The position numbers were made by a program, and so were the translations under genes. A stretch of DNA of 63,884 nucleotides, the filler included, from an uncultured Acidimicrobiia bacterium (GTDB lineage: Bacteria; Actinomycetota; Acidimicrobiia; Spongiisociales; JAOTWH01), in assembly GCA_964347285.1 (NCBI GenBank). It is 3 parts of 3 records of this genome, joined end to end, with 100 filler letters (N's around TTAATTAATTAA, not from the genome) between each part and the next. Parts side by side here need not be neighbours in the genome. Positions count along the whole stretch, not along the records: positions 1 to 27,444 come from CAYFYE010000022.1; 2 more parts are not named here. One strand, given 5' to 3'. Position 1 is the stretch's first letter. Every line of letters starts with the position of its first letter. Under the pieces are notes generated by a model. That model did not search any database, was not told where the DNA came from, and saw nothing but the letters and a program-made list of their open reading frames with translations. Positions 9,885-22,103 of this stretch are shown here, piece by piece.

Positions 9885-11582
9885 ATGTCGATTCCCACCG
9901 ACCTCGACATCGCTCGTAACGCTTCACTCCAACCCATCGCCGAGATCGCGGCCACGATGGGCATCGGCTCCCATCTCATCGAGCAGTACGGCGAGCATGT
10001 CGCCAAGGTCCGGCTCGATGCCATCGATGAGCTGGCCGACCGCCCCCCGGCCAAGTACGTCTTGGTCTCGGCCATCACCCCCACGCCGCTGGGCGAGGGC
10101 AAGACCACTACCAGCGTCGGCCTCGGGCAAGGGTTCAAACACCTCGGCAAGCGGGCGGTGCTGGCCCTCCGGCAACCCTCCATGGGCCCCACCTTCGGCA
10201 TCAAGGGTGGAGCAGCCGGGGGCGGCTACAGCCAGGTCGTGCCCATGGAAACGCTCAACCTCCACCTCACCGGGGACATGCACGCGGTCACCGCCGCCCA
10301 CAACATGCTGGCGGCGATCATCGACAACCACCTGTTCCGGAGCACCGCTGTCGACCTCGACCAACACCGCATCACCTGGCAGCGGGTATTGGACGTGAAC
10401 GACCGGGCGCTGCGCAAGATCATCGTCGGCCTGGGGACCCGCGGGGACGGCATCCCCCGCCAGACCGGGTTCGACATCACCGCCGCCTCCGAGGTCATGG
10501 CGGTCTTGGCCCTCGCCACCTCACTCCAGGACATGCGAGAGCGCATGGGTCGCATCGTGGTCGGGCAGAACCACGCCCAGGAACCGGTCACCGCCGAGCA
10601 ACTGAAAGCGGCCGGCGCCATGACCGTGATCATGCGGGAGGCGGTCAAGCCCAACTTGATGCAGACCCTGGAGAACACCCCGGTGCTCATCCATGCCGGC
10701 CCGTTTGGCAACATCGCCCACGGAAACTCATCGGTCGTCGCCGACCTGATCGGAATCCGCGGCGGTGACTACCTCATCACCGAGGCCGGCTTCGGTGCCG
10801 ACATGGGCGCCGAGCGCTTCTTCAACATCAAATGCCGCACTTCCGGGCTCAAGCCCGATGCGGCAGTGATCGTGGCCACGGTGCGAGCACTCAAGACCCA
10901 CTCGGGCCGCCATCGCATCGTGCCGGGACGCCCGTTGCCCCCCGAACTCCTGGCCGAAAACCCCGACGACGTCGGGGCCGGGGCGGGCAATCTCCTCAAG
11001 CACATCGAGAACATCCGTCTCCACGGCATCGAGCCGGTCGTGGCCATCAACGCCTTCCCCACCGACCACCCATCCGAGCACGACGCGATCCGGGAGATCG
11101 CCGATCAAGCGGGGGTGATCGCCGCGGTATCGACCCACTTCATGGAAGGCGGAAAGGGTGCCGTGGAGCTGGCCGAGGCGGTGACGGCCGCGTGCGAGCG
11201 GCCCCACGACTTCCGGTTCCTCTATCCGGAGAACATCCCGCTGCGAGACAAGATCCACACGATCGCCACCAAGGTGTACGGAGCCGACGACGTTTCCTAC
11301 GACCACCTCGCCGCTCGCGAGCTCGACTACCTGGAGTCGAACGGCTTCGGCGATCTATCGATCTGCATCGCCAAGACCCATCTGTCGATCTCCCACGATC
11401 CCGCCCTCAAGGGCGCCCCCTCCGGCTGGGTGCTCCCGGTCCGCGAGCTGCGGGGTGCCATCGGAGCCGGGTTCATCTACCCCATCTGCGGGGACATGCG
11501 GACGATGCCCGGTCTGGCCACCAGTCCTGCTGCCGAGCGCATCGACATTGACGAAGACGGCCAGATCGTCGGCCTGAGCTGA
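9885..11582 (+). CDS. fhs: Formate--tetrahydrofolate ligase
   Basis: ITPTPLGEGKTTT, GIKGGAAGGGYSQV, HAGPFGNIAHG, TEAGFGADMGAE, MPGL; ATG 9885 lies 7 nt after TAGGGT. Confidence 0.97.
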   Translation: MSIPTDLDIARNASLQPIAEIAATMGIGSHLIEQYGEHVAKVRLDAIDELADRPPAKYVLVSAITPTPLGEGKTTTSVGLGQGFKHLGKRAVLALRQPSMGPTFGIKGGAAGGGYSQVVPMETLNLHLTGDMHAVTAAHNMLAAIIDNHLFRSTAVDLDQHRITWQRVLDVNDRALRKIIVGLGTRGDGIPRQTGFDITAASEVMAVLALATSLQDMRERMGRIVVGQNHAQEPVTAEQLKAAGAMTVIMREAVKPNLMQTLENTPVLIHAGPFGNIAHGNSSVVADLIGIRGGDYLITEAGFGADMGAERFFNIKCRTSGLKPDAAVIVATVRALKTHSGRHRIVPGRPLPPELLAENPDDVGAGAGNLLKHIENIRLHGIEPVVAINAFPTDHPSEHDAIREIADQAGVIAAVSTHFMEGGKGAVELAEAVTAACERPHDFRFLYPENIPLRDKIHTIATKVYGADDVSYDHLAARELDYLESNGFGDLSICIAKTHLSISHDPALKGAPSGWVLPVRELRGAIGAGFIYPICGDMRTMPGLATSPAAERIDIDEDGQIVGLS

Positions 11583-11677
11583 GACGAAAGCACCTTCATG
11601 CCCGCGTCCGACCGGCCCGGCACGGCACGGCTACTCTGCCCCACAGCCCCACCCCGGGGAGGAAGGGAGGTGAGTAG

Positions 11678-13579
11678 ATGGGCAAGCGCTACCCACGCCT
11701 CACCGAGCCACTCGTGAGGGACGACGGCGAGCTCCGATCCAGCTCGTGGGACGAGGCCCTCGATCGGGTGGCCTCCGGGTTTCGTGAGGTAATGGAGATC
11801 CATCCGGGGACCGCCTTCGGCATGTTCAGCTGCTCCAAGGCCACCAACGAGATGAACTTCATGGCGCAGAAGTTCGCCCGTGTGGTCCTGGGGACCAACA
11901 ACATCGACTCCTGTAACCGGACCTGACACGCCCCCAGCGTCTCCGGTCTGGCGGCGGTATTCGGCGCCGGTGGAGGCACCAGCAGCTACAAGGAAATCGA
12001 GGACACCGACCTCATCATCCTGTGGGGCTCGAACGCGCGCGAGGCCCATCCGATCTTCTTCCATCATCTCCTCAAGGGAGTGCACCGCGGCGCCCGGATG
12101 TATGCGGTCGACCCCCGCCGCACCTCGTCGGCGGCCTGGGCCGACGTCTGGCTCGGTATTGACGTGGGCTCCGACATCGCCCTGGCCAATGCGCTGGGTC
12201 GAGAGATCATTCACGCCGGGCTCACCAACGACGCCTTCATCGAGCGAGCTACGACCGACTTCGACGCGTACGCCGAAGCAGTCGAGCCCTACACGCCGGA
12301 ACGGGCCGCCGAGATCACCGGGGTCCCGGCCGGGGCCATCAGGGAGCTGGCCCACGACTACGCCGGCGCCTCCACCGCCCAGCTGTGCTGGACCCTGGGC
12401 ATCACCGAGCACCACAACGCCACCGACAACGTCCTGGCCCTCATCAATCTCGCCCTGCTCACCGGTCACGTGGGCCGCTACGGCTCGGGGCTGGTGCCGC
12501 TCCGGGGCCAGAACAACGTCCAGGGAGGCGGCGACATGGGAGCCCTGCCCAACAAACTCCCCGGGTTCCAAGACGTCGAAGACGACGAGAAGCGGGGCAA
12601 GTTCGAGGCCGAGTGGGGAGTGGAGATCCCGCCGGCGGCCGGCTGGCACCTCACCGCCATGTTCGAGGCCATGGACCGGGGCGACCTGCGGGCCCTCTAC
12701 ATCATCGGCGAGAACCCGGCCCAGGCCGAGGCCGACGTCGGGAGAGCCCGCCGCCTGCTCAAAGGCCTGGACTTCCTGGTGGTCCAGGACATCTTCATGA
12801 CCCGCACCGCCCAGATGGCCGATGTGGTCCTCCCGGCGGCGGCCGCCTGGGCCGAGACCGACGGCACGGTGACGTCTTCGGAGCGCCGGGTGCAGCGGGT
12901 TCGCAAGGCGCTCGATCCGCCCGGCCGGGCTCGGGACGATGTTGCCATCCTGTGCGATCTGGCCGGCCGCCTCGGTCACGACTGGGGATACCCCAGCGCC
13001 GAGGAGGTCTGGGATGAGCTGCGCAGCCTGTCGCCCGTACACGCCGGCATGAGCTATCGGCGCCTCGAAGAGCATCGCGGCCTGCAGTGGCCCTGCTACG
13101 ACGAGGAGCATCCCGGAGAACTGTTCCTCCACGGGCGGCTGTGGGCGGACGATCCCGACGAACGGGGACGGCCGGCGCCGTTCAGTCCTACCGAGTGGGT
13201 GCCGCCGGTCGATGAGCTCACCGAGGAGTTCCCGATCCGGCTCACCACCGGGCGGCGCCTCGATTCGTACAACACCGGAGTGCAATCGAGCGGCTACCGC
13301 TCACCCATTCGTTCCGCCGAGACGATCGATCTCGATCCGGTCGATGGCGAGCGGCTCGGCATTGCCGACGGGGAACGGGTACGGGTGGTGTCGCGGCGGG
13401 GGGCGGTGGAAGCGCCGGCCCGTTTCGCAACCGACCTGCGGCCCGGGCTGGCCTTCATGACGCTGCACTTCCCCGATGAAGTCGACACCAATCTGCTCAC
13501 GATCGAAGCCTGGGATCCCAAATCGGGGACGGCCGAGTTCAAGGCCACCGCCGTACGGATCGAGAAGATCGGGGTCTGA
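11678..13579 (+). CDS. Selenocysteine-containing Mo/W-bisPGD formate dehydrogenase catalytic subunit (UGA read-through at 11924-11926)
   Basis: ORFs 11678-11926 and 12080-13579 are in one frame separated by a single TGA in NNIDSCNRT-U-HAPS, the FdhF Sec-His site; LRGQNNVQG and C-terminal molydopterin-binding motifs. Confidence 0.92.
11927..11965 (+). promoter_or_regulatory. Candidate bacterial SECIS element
   Basis: CGTC-T-CC-GGTCT-GG-C-GGCG hairpin about 11 nt after the UGA; the GGUC-type loop resembles the E. coli fdhF SECIS. Confidence 0.7.
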
Positions 13580-13581
13580 CG

Positions 13582-15404
<1,823 letters not shown>

Positions 15405-15405
<1 letters not shown>

Positions 15406-16328
15406 TGGAAACGACTGTCCCCTTCCCCGCACGCGCCGTGGAGCTCACCGTCGATGGGTTGGAGGTTCGGGTGCCGGACGGCTCGACCATCCTCGACGCC
15501 TGCAACGCGGTCGGCATCGAGACACCCACTCTGTGTTTCCTCGAGACCCTCACCCCGGTGAATGCCTGCCGGGTGTGCGTGGTGGAGATAGAGGGATCGC
15601 AGGCGCTGGTGCCGGCCTGTTCCCGCCGGGCGGAGGCGGACATGGTGGTGCGCACCGGTACCGAACGGGTCCGCCACAGCCGCAGACTCGTTCTCGAGCT
15701 CCTGGCTTCGTCGGTGGACCTGTCGCTGGCCGCCGGAACGTCCGCCTGGGTGACCGAATACGGCGCCGAGCCTGATCGATTCGGCCCGGCCGCTCCCCCC
15801 GCTGCGCCGGGAACGCGGGACCGGCTCCGCGCCGGCCATCACGAGGCCCCCGACGGCACGACCTCGGCAACCGTGGCCCAGCCGGTCAAGATTCACGACG
15901 ACCTCTACATTCGCGACTACGGCCGCTGCATCCTCTGTTACAAGTGCGTCGAGGCCTGCGGCGTGGATGCGCAGAACACGTTCGCCATTTCGGTGGCCGG
16001 ACGGGGCTTCGACGCTCGGATCTCGACCGAGTTCGACGTTGCGCTCCCCGAATCGGCCTGCGTCTACTGCGGCAACTGCATCGGGGTGTGCCCAACCGGA
16101 GCCCTGCTGCCGAAGAGCGAATTCGACATGCGGGCCGCCGGCACATGGGACCCGGTTCGACAGACCGTCACCGAGACCATCTGCCCCTACTGCGGGGTGG
16201 GATGCTCGCTCGAGCTGGTCGTCCAGGACAACGAGATCGTCAAAGTCACGTCGCCGCTCGACCACGACGTGACCTCCGGCAACCTGTGCATCAAGGGCCG
16301 CTTCGGCTGGGGCTACGTGACCGGCTGA
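15405..16328 (+). CDS. Fe-S subunit equivalent to the N-terminal part of FdsA/NuoG
   Basis: PTLC..NACRVCVV..PAC, CILCYKCVEAC, CVYCGNCIGVCP and C-terminal CPYCGVGC..LCIKGRFG. Confidence 0.9.
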
Positions 16329-16334
16329 AGGTCC

Positions 16335-16375
16335 AAAAACGGACAGAGGGCCCGACCATCGAGGCCGAGCCCTCT
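16335..16375. terminator. Intrinsic terminator between the convergent fdh operon and HU
   Basis: AGAGGGC..GCCCTCT stem (16345-16375); AAAAA at 16335-16339 gives a U-tract for the minus-strand transcript. Confidence 0.6.
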
Positions 16376-16393
16376 CTCTACGGGATTGGTCTC

Positions 16394-16687
16394 CTACTCG
16401 GCGACCCGATCCTTGAGGCCCTTGGCTGCGGTGAACTTGGCGACCTTGCGGGCCGGGATCATGATCGTGTCACCGGTGGCCGGGTTGCGGCCCTCACGAG
16501 CCTTGCGACGGCTCGTGCTGAACTTGCCGAATCCGGAAATCGAGACCTCGCGGTCGGCGTCCAGTTCCACGGCGATGATGCCGTGGCCTGACTTGGTCGA
16601 GAAGATGGCATCGATCACATCCTCGGCCTTGGCCTTGGGGATGTCGACCTTGCCGGCCAGCTTCTCCGCCATTTCGGACTTGTTCAT
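16394..16687 (-). CDS. hup: DNA-binding protein HU
   Basis: MNKSEM.., GFGKF, REGRNPATG, KFTAAKGLKD; AGGAGG RBS. Confidence 0.93.
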   Translation of the reverse strand: MNKSEMAEKLAGKVDIPKAKAEDVIDAIFSTKSGHGIIAVELDADREVSISGFGKFSTSRRKAREGRNPATGDTIMIPARKVAKFTAAKGLKDRVAE

Positions 16688-16887
16688 GTTCCTCCTTTTC
16701 CATCCGCCCACTTTGGCGGGAACCCAAGTCCCGGCCCAAAGCTACCGAAATCTACGGCAAAAGAGGGATCATCCGGGGAAAAACGCCGCCGAGCCACCAC
16801 TCAGAGTGTTCGTACTCCCGGCGTGGACGCAAGGGAAGTCAACCGTTCGCGCCCGGACGCCCCGTCGCACGGCGTTGCGTGGCAACT

Positions 16888-17523
16888 TCAGCCGGCCGCG
16901 TCCGCCTGGATGGCCCGGAACACCCCGAAGAAGGCGCCGCGCTCCTCGACCACCCGCAGCCCGGCCTCAGCAACCAGCAGGTCCGGCTCCTGCGTCCAGC
17001 GGCAGCCGGCCGACCGATAGTGCTTTTCGGCCCGTCGTTCCTGGAAGCGGGCCAGCCACCCGGAAGAGCTCCGGCCGTGCTCGAATAGCAGCACCCGGCC
17101 GCCCGCCTTGGCCACCCGGCCCATCTCCCGCAACGCCCCGACGGGATCGGGAAACGTGCATGTGGAGAGGGCCGATGTCACCGTATCGAACGTGCCATCG
17201 GCGAAGTCCAGATCCTCGGCGGCCATCACCCGGACGTCGACCTCCATTCCCAGGCGACCGGCCCGGCGTCGGGCCTGTTCCACCATCTTGGGACTCAGGT
17301 CGACGGCGATGACCGAATCCGCATCGGCGAAGTAGCGGAAGTTCTCCCCGGTGCCGCAGGCGACGTCCAGCACCCGCCCCGACGCCTTGGCCATGACCCC
17401 CCGGCGCAGCCTCCTGGTTCTGAAGAGGCGGTCGTTGATCCAGGCGGCGTATCGATAGCCCGAGGCGAACCGGTCGTAGATCCTGGCCAGGTCTCCGTGG
17501 TCGTAGCGCCGGTCATCGCTCAT
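16888..17523 (-). CDS. Class I SAM-dependent methyltransferase
   Basis: VLDVACGTG, VDLSPKM, FDTV..LCTFPDP, GGRVLLFEH. Confidence 0.85.
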   Translation of the reverse strand: MSDDRRYDHGDLARIYDRFASGYRYAAWINDRLFRTRRLRRGVMAKASGRVLDVACGTGENFRYFADADSVIAVDLSPKMVEQARRRAGRLGMEVDVRVMAAEDLDFADGTFDTVTSALSTCTFPDPVGALREMGRVAKAGGRVLLFEHGRSSSGWLARFQERRAEKHYRSAGCRWTQEPDLLVAEAGLRVVEERGAFFGVFRAIQADAAG

Positions 17524-17621
17524 CGCCGCATTATGGACGCAGGGCTCGGCACGGTTCCCCCTCGACGGCCATGGCGCTTCTTCGGCAGTCTCGAGCTCCG
17601 ACCTCGCAGCCCGACTGCTCC

Positions 17622-18665
17622 CTAAGCCGACAGCGCCGTGATCTGGGCCGCAGTTGCGGCATCCCCGGTGGCGGCGGGTAGCCACAAGGAGAAGGTGGAC
17701 CCGCGACCCGGCCCCTCCGAGGCCGCGGTGAGGCGCCCGTTCATGGCATCGGCGAAGGTGCGGCTCACCGCCAGGCCCAGCCCGGTGGAGTCGGACCTGC
17801 CCTCGCCGAGGGTCGCCTGCTCGAAGGCCCCGAAGATGCGCTCGAGGTCCTCGGTTTTGATCCCGGGCCCGTCGTCGACGATGTCGAAGCGAACGCCGTT
17901 ATCGGCGAGAGAGGTCCGCACGACGATCTTGCCTTTGTCGGAGTACTTGATGGCGTTGGCCACCAGGTTGATGAGCACCTGCTGGAGCCGGCCCTCATCG
18001 GCGCGACACACGGCGGCCGGGCACAGCTCGGCGACAACTGCGAGGCCCTTCTGGGCCGCAAGCGGCAGCATGCGGCGAACGACCCCGCCGGCGATGTCAT
18101 TACCGTCGACGTCGGCGAGCTCGATGCTGATGCCTCCCGTCTTGAGCCGGGCGGCATCGAGGAGATCGTTCACGACCTCGAGTAGGGCACGGGCAGAGCT
18201 GTAGATCTCGCTCAGGTAGCCGCCGACTTCGGTGGGGGCGATGCGGAGCTCCTCGGTGAGGTGGCTGTAGCCCATGATGGCGGTGAGCGGCGTGCGCATC
18301 TCGTGGGACAGGGCGGCGTAGAAACTCTGCCGCTCCTCGAGCGACTCGGCCAACTGCAGGTTGGCGGCGTGGAGGTCGGCCGTCCAGGCGGCTGCGATCT
18401 GCCAGGCCTGCTCCTCGGTGCGGCGGCGGGCATGGACGAGCTTCAGGTGGAGCGATCCGATGAGGAGGCCGGCGATGCCGAGGACCGTGGGCAACATGTC
18501 GACCACCCACATCAGGGAGTGCCGATCATGGAGTTCGGCGAACGTGAGCGGGCCCGACTGGGAAACGGCAATCCTCCAGGCAAGCATCACCATGGCGGCG
18601 CCGAGCGCGGCACCTGCCAGGGCCCAGCGGGCGACGTAGAAGCGCGGCGCGGGTTCGAGGGCCAT
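17622..18665 (-). CDS. Membrane sensor histidine kinase (HisKA + HATPase)
   Basis: Two hydrophobic segments; SHEMRTPL H-box, NLVANAIKY, DDGPGI, GLGLAVS, GSTF. Confidence 0.88.
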   Translation of the reverse strand: MALEPAPRFYVARWALAGAALGAAMVMLAWRIAVSQSGPLTFAELHDRHSLMWVVDMLPTVLGIAGLLIGSLHLKLVHARRRTEEQAWQIAAAWTADLHAANLQLAESLEERQSFYAALSHEMRTPLTAIMGYSHLTEELRIAPTEVGGYLSEIYSSARALLEVVNDLLDAARLKTGGISIELADVDGNDIAGGVVRRMLPLAAQKGLAVVAELCPAAVCRADEGRLQQVLINLVANAIKYSDKGKIVVRTSLADNGVRFDIVDDGPGIKTEDLERIFGAFEQATLGEGRSDSTGLGLAVSRTFADAMNGRLTAASEGPGRGSTFSLWLPAATGDAATAAQITALSA

Positions 18666-18856
18666 GTACGGCCGATATCGGCAAGCGCAACGGCCGGCTT
18701 GATACCCGGGCACCCCGGCGGGGTCGCTCCAGCGGCTCGCCCTGCTCCCACTCGAGCCAGGAGCGGGCGCGGGCATCGCCGGTGCCTTCGAGCCCCGCCT
18801 GCCGATCACACCAGTTCACGAACGACGAGCACCGTGGCGTCTCGTCCTCGGTCGCC

Positions 18857-19356
18857 TTATGGTCGAGGGCTTCGTGGAACCGACGATCCGGGGATTGTCC
18901 CCGAAGCCCCTATCTCTTCTACGCCGATGGCCATCTCGCCCCTGGCGAATTCCAGCCACACGGGATCCGGCCCCCGCGCCGCACCTTCATCTGCGCTGCC
19001 CGACCCGAGTCCCTGGAGCCGTGCGTAGAAGCTGTCGGGCAACAGGCGCCCGCCGGTCGCGTCGGCGTGCTGCGTCGTCACTTTCCCGCCACTGAACAAC
19101 AAGGGCAGCATCGGCTTCCCGGTGGCGTGCTACGCCGGCTCGTTCGCCAGCCATGTGGATGCCTTGGAGCTCTCGCTCATGATCACCAACACTGCCACGC
19201 AATTGTCGAGGTGCTCCTTGATGACCCCGGGGTACTCGTCGCCGTACTCGATCTCGTAGTCCATCCAAACCTCGATCCCACGGTGGCGCAGGCTCTTCGT
19301 GAGCTTCGCGCGTACTCCGTGTCACGGCGGCTATAGCTGAGGAATACATGGGCCAC
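18857..19356 (-). pseudogene. TIR-domain protein disrupted by a frameshift and a nonsense codon
   Basis: GTG 19356 gives MAHVFLSYSRRDTEYA; after a frameshift near 19305, KLTKSLRHRGIEVWMDYEIEYGDEYPGVIKEHLDNCVAVLVIMSESSKASTWLANEPA; TAG 19130-19132; then GKPMLPLL continues in frame to 18857. Confidence 0.75.
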
Positions 19357-19574
19357 AGCAGCCCTCCGGTGTGGGAGCGGGTCACCATGGGCGTGACGGC
19401 TCGGAGGCGGAAGGGCGTTGCTGCCGCAGAATCGGGGCCGGACGCCGACACACCCATACGGACAGCGCGGCGCCGCGGCCGTTGCCGACCACGCGCCGGC
19501 CCCCCGAGCCGGTGACCCGGGGGGCCGGATGAGCAGGTCGGGTGCGCACCGGCACCCCGACCTGCGTCGCTTCG

Positions 19575-20978
19575 CTACTTGGGTGGAGGCGGGACCAGGC
19601 AGGACACCTGCGGTGAGACCGCGCCCAAGCCGTCCACCGCGAACGCGGCCGCATCGCCGGTTCCCCTGATGTGCCAGTCAACTGCGTTGGCCTGCCCGTT
19701 ACCGCTGCCGTTGTTTCCGCCCATCGGCATGATCGACGGGGTCGCCCCGTTGGCCTCCGTGTACTTGATCTTCGTGCCGCTGGGGAACGGTCCGAAGATC
19801 ATGCCGCTGCCCGTGTCCTCGACCCAGACCTCGAGGGGGTCGGGGCCGTCGGCATCGTCGGCCGAGACCTCGTAGAACCCGTCCTCGTTCTGGCCGCCCT
19901 TGGGTCCCGGCAGCGTGGAGCTGCCGGCAGGCGGGACCGTCTTCCCATGCGGGTTGACGGTCTCGTTGCAGAACGCCTCCGGCGGCGTGTTCAGCTGCAG
20001 CGCCAGCCCGTACGGGGTGCCCAGGTCCGACAGCTCGACCTGCACGTCGGAACCGTCGAAGTTGGCGCTACGGATCTCCCCTGCGCCCGGCGCGGTGTAC
20101 CAGATCCGCTGGCCGATCGGGTCGATCTCGATGTCCCAGTACCCGGTGTCGGGGTCCTGCCCCACGGCCGGGATGATCTGCGTCTCCGTTCCCAACGCGA
20201 TGTCGTAGGCGAAGACCGCACCCCCGGTGCCGGGGCTCAGCGGGTTATGTGAGGTGAGGAAGATCGTCGAGCTCACCGGCTCGAGCGCAAATCCTCGGCC
20301 CCGCCCGGTCACGTGGGGCGTGAGCTGGGTTGGCAGCGGCCCCACCGCGAGGGTGGAGGCGGTCATCTGGTTCACCGACCCGTTCGGCGGGAGGAACAGC
20401 ACCCCGATGTCGCCCCAGTAGAGAATGTCGTTGACGGGGTCGTGCGCCAGGCCCGACGGGAACCACCCCGGCCCGCCGCCCCCGCCGGCGAGGAACGAGA
20501 CGGTGTAGCCCGCACAGCCGGGACCGTAGTTCACCCGGGAGACCTCGTGGTTGTCGTAGCTGACACCGCGGGTGAAGTAGATCTGCTGGGCCACGGGATC
20601 GAGCGCCAGCTGGTGCACTGCGTCCCCCAAAGTGCCCGGACCACACACCGGCGCGAGGCCCGTACCGTCGGTGTTCACCTGGTTGATCGTGCCCTGGCTG
20701 CCGGGGAACCCGACAGGGCCCCAGTCGGCGAAGTAGAGGACGCCAGCCGCTGCGTCCAGGTCGACGTCTTGGAGACGTCCACCGGTGGGAGCGACGAGCT
20801 GCTTGGTCACGCCGCTGGCCACATCGGTCACCGAAACCGTCGCGGCGTTCCGGTCGGTCCAGAAGACGCGGGCAACGGCGCTGTGTCCGGCCGCGTCCGC
20901 ACCGCTGCCAGCCACGGCCAACAATGCGCCGATCATGGCGATCAGCACGAGCAGTACTCGCCACTGCTTGGCTCTCAT
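19575..20978 (-). CDS. Secreted YWTD/LDLR-class-B-like beta-propeller protein with an uncharacterised C-terminal domain
   Basis: Signal peptide; blades with FWTD, YFAD, YFTR, YWGD, WYTA; GGAGG RBS. Confidence 0.75.
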   Translation of the reverse strand: MRAKQWRVLLVLIAMIGALLAVAGSGADAAGHSAVARVFWTDRNAATVSVTDVASGVTKQLVAPTGGRLQDVDLDAAAGVLYFADWGPVGFPGSQGTINQVNTDGTGLAPVCGPGTLGDAVHQLALDPVAQQIYFTRGVSYDNHEVSRVNYGPGCAGYTVSFLAGGGGGPGWFPSGLAHDPVNDILYWGDIGVLFLPPNGSVNQMTASTLAVGPLPTQLTPHVTGRGRGFALEPVSSTIFLTSHNPLSPGTGGAVFAYDIALGTETQIIPAVGQDPDTGYWDIEIDPIGQRIWYTAPGAGEIRSANFDGSDVQVELSDLGTPYGLALQLNTPPEAFCNETVNPHGKTVPPAGSSTLPGPKGGQNEDGFYEVSADDADGPDPLEVWVEDTGSGMIFGPFPSGTKIKYTEANGATPSIMPMGGNNGSGNGQANAVDWHIRGTGDAAAFAVDGLGAVSPQVSCLVPPPPK

Positions 20979-21240
20979 GTGATACCTCCCTGTAGAGCGC
21001 GTGGAACGGCCCGGTGCGCCAAGGCTGGTGAGCTACCCCCGAGATCCCAAGGCACCCTCCCCGATGCTGGACCGCGGCGGCCAGCCTACATGCTCGCGCT
21101 CGTGTGGGGCAACCAGGCCGGGGGACCGGCTACAAGTAGTCCGCACCCACGAAGACCCCCAAAAGTCAACGACGCTTGGCGGCGCGACTCCGCCAAACGG
21201 CCCTATTCGGCGCCGCCCCGGCGCGCAGTACGATCATGGT

Positions 21241-21411
21241 ATGGGCAAGAGGAAGCACGAACACGACGACCACGAAGTGACCGGTGTCTGGGTTCTCAAC
21301 GAGAGAGCCGTCGCCCGCTTCCACGCTGCCCACCCCGCCGACCATTCCGACGAGATTAAGGGCAGCACGCGCAGTCACCGCCACCACGGAAGGCACGGCA
21401 AGGCTGCTTAG
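21241..21411 (+). CDS. Small His-rich protein (56 aa)
   Basis: MGKRKHEHDDHEVTGVWVLNE...HRHHGRHGKAA; TACGAT 6 nt upstream suggests a leaderless start. Confidence 0.55.
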   Translation: MGKRKHEHDDHEVTGVWVLNERAVARFHAAHPADHSDEIKGSTRSHRHHGRHGKAA

Positions 21412-21594
21412 CGGGCTGTCGAGGTCCCCCCGAGCGCTCGCCTGAGCCAAAAGGGGGAGAGGCAATAACCCCTGGACGCGGGTGCTCGGGGGTTGCGCGT
21501 GTCCAATACTGAGGACGGTGTGTCCGCTTTCGTGTCGAGGACCTGGCGTGGACTCGGACCGGGGCCCCCTCCGACAGCGGGTAGTGTGCGCCAG

Positions 21595-22095
21595 GTGAGT
21601 CCGGCGCCGATCATCACGATGGTGGTGGAAATCCCCCGGGGCAGCCGCAACAAGTACGAGCTCGACCATGCCACCGGAGAGATCTACCTCGACCGTATGT
21701 TGTTTACTGCGACACGGTACCCGACCGACTACGGGTTCGTCCCCGACACCATCGCCGAGGACGGCGACCCTCTCGACGCCCTGGCCCTGGTGTCGGAGCC
21801 GACGTTTCCCGGTTGTCACATTCGGATACGGCCGGTGGGGCTCTTCCTGATGGAAGACCAGGGACTGCCCGACCACAAGCTGCTCGGTGTGCCGATCGGT
21901 GAGCCGGTGTGGGCCGAGGTGGAGCGGCTCGAGGACGTTCCCCACCACTTGCTGAGGGAGATCGAGCACTTCTTCGCCGTCTACAAGGAACTCGAAGCCA
22001 AGAAGACGGCGGTGCTCGGCTGGCGCGACCTCGAAGAGGCGCTCGATGTGTTGGCCCGGTCGCAACGGGCCCATGCCGACCAAAGCGGGGCCTGA
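21595..22095 (+). CDS. ppa: Inorganic pyrophosphatase (family I)
   Basis: VEIPRGSRNKYE, YPTDYGF, DGDPLD, HFFAVYKELE. Confidence 0.95.
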   Translation: MSPAPIITMVVEIPRGSRNKYELDHATGEIYLDRMLFTATRYPTDYGFVPDTIAEDGDPLDALALVSEPTFPGCHIRIRPVGLFLMEDQGLPDHKLLGVPIGEPVWAEVERLEDVPHHLLREIEHFFAVYKELEAKKTAVLGWRDLEEALDVLARSQRAHADQSGA

Positions 22096-22103
22096 AGGCC
22101 CGA

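Noticed and set aside
11678..12080. Formate dehydrogenase as a nonsense pseudogene or two separate genes
   Set aside because: The stop is UGA at the exact Sec ligand position, with a SECIS-like hairpin and an intact frame.
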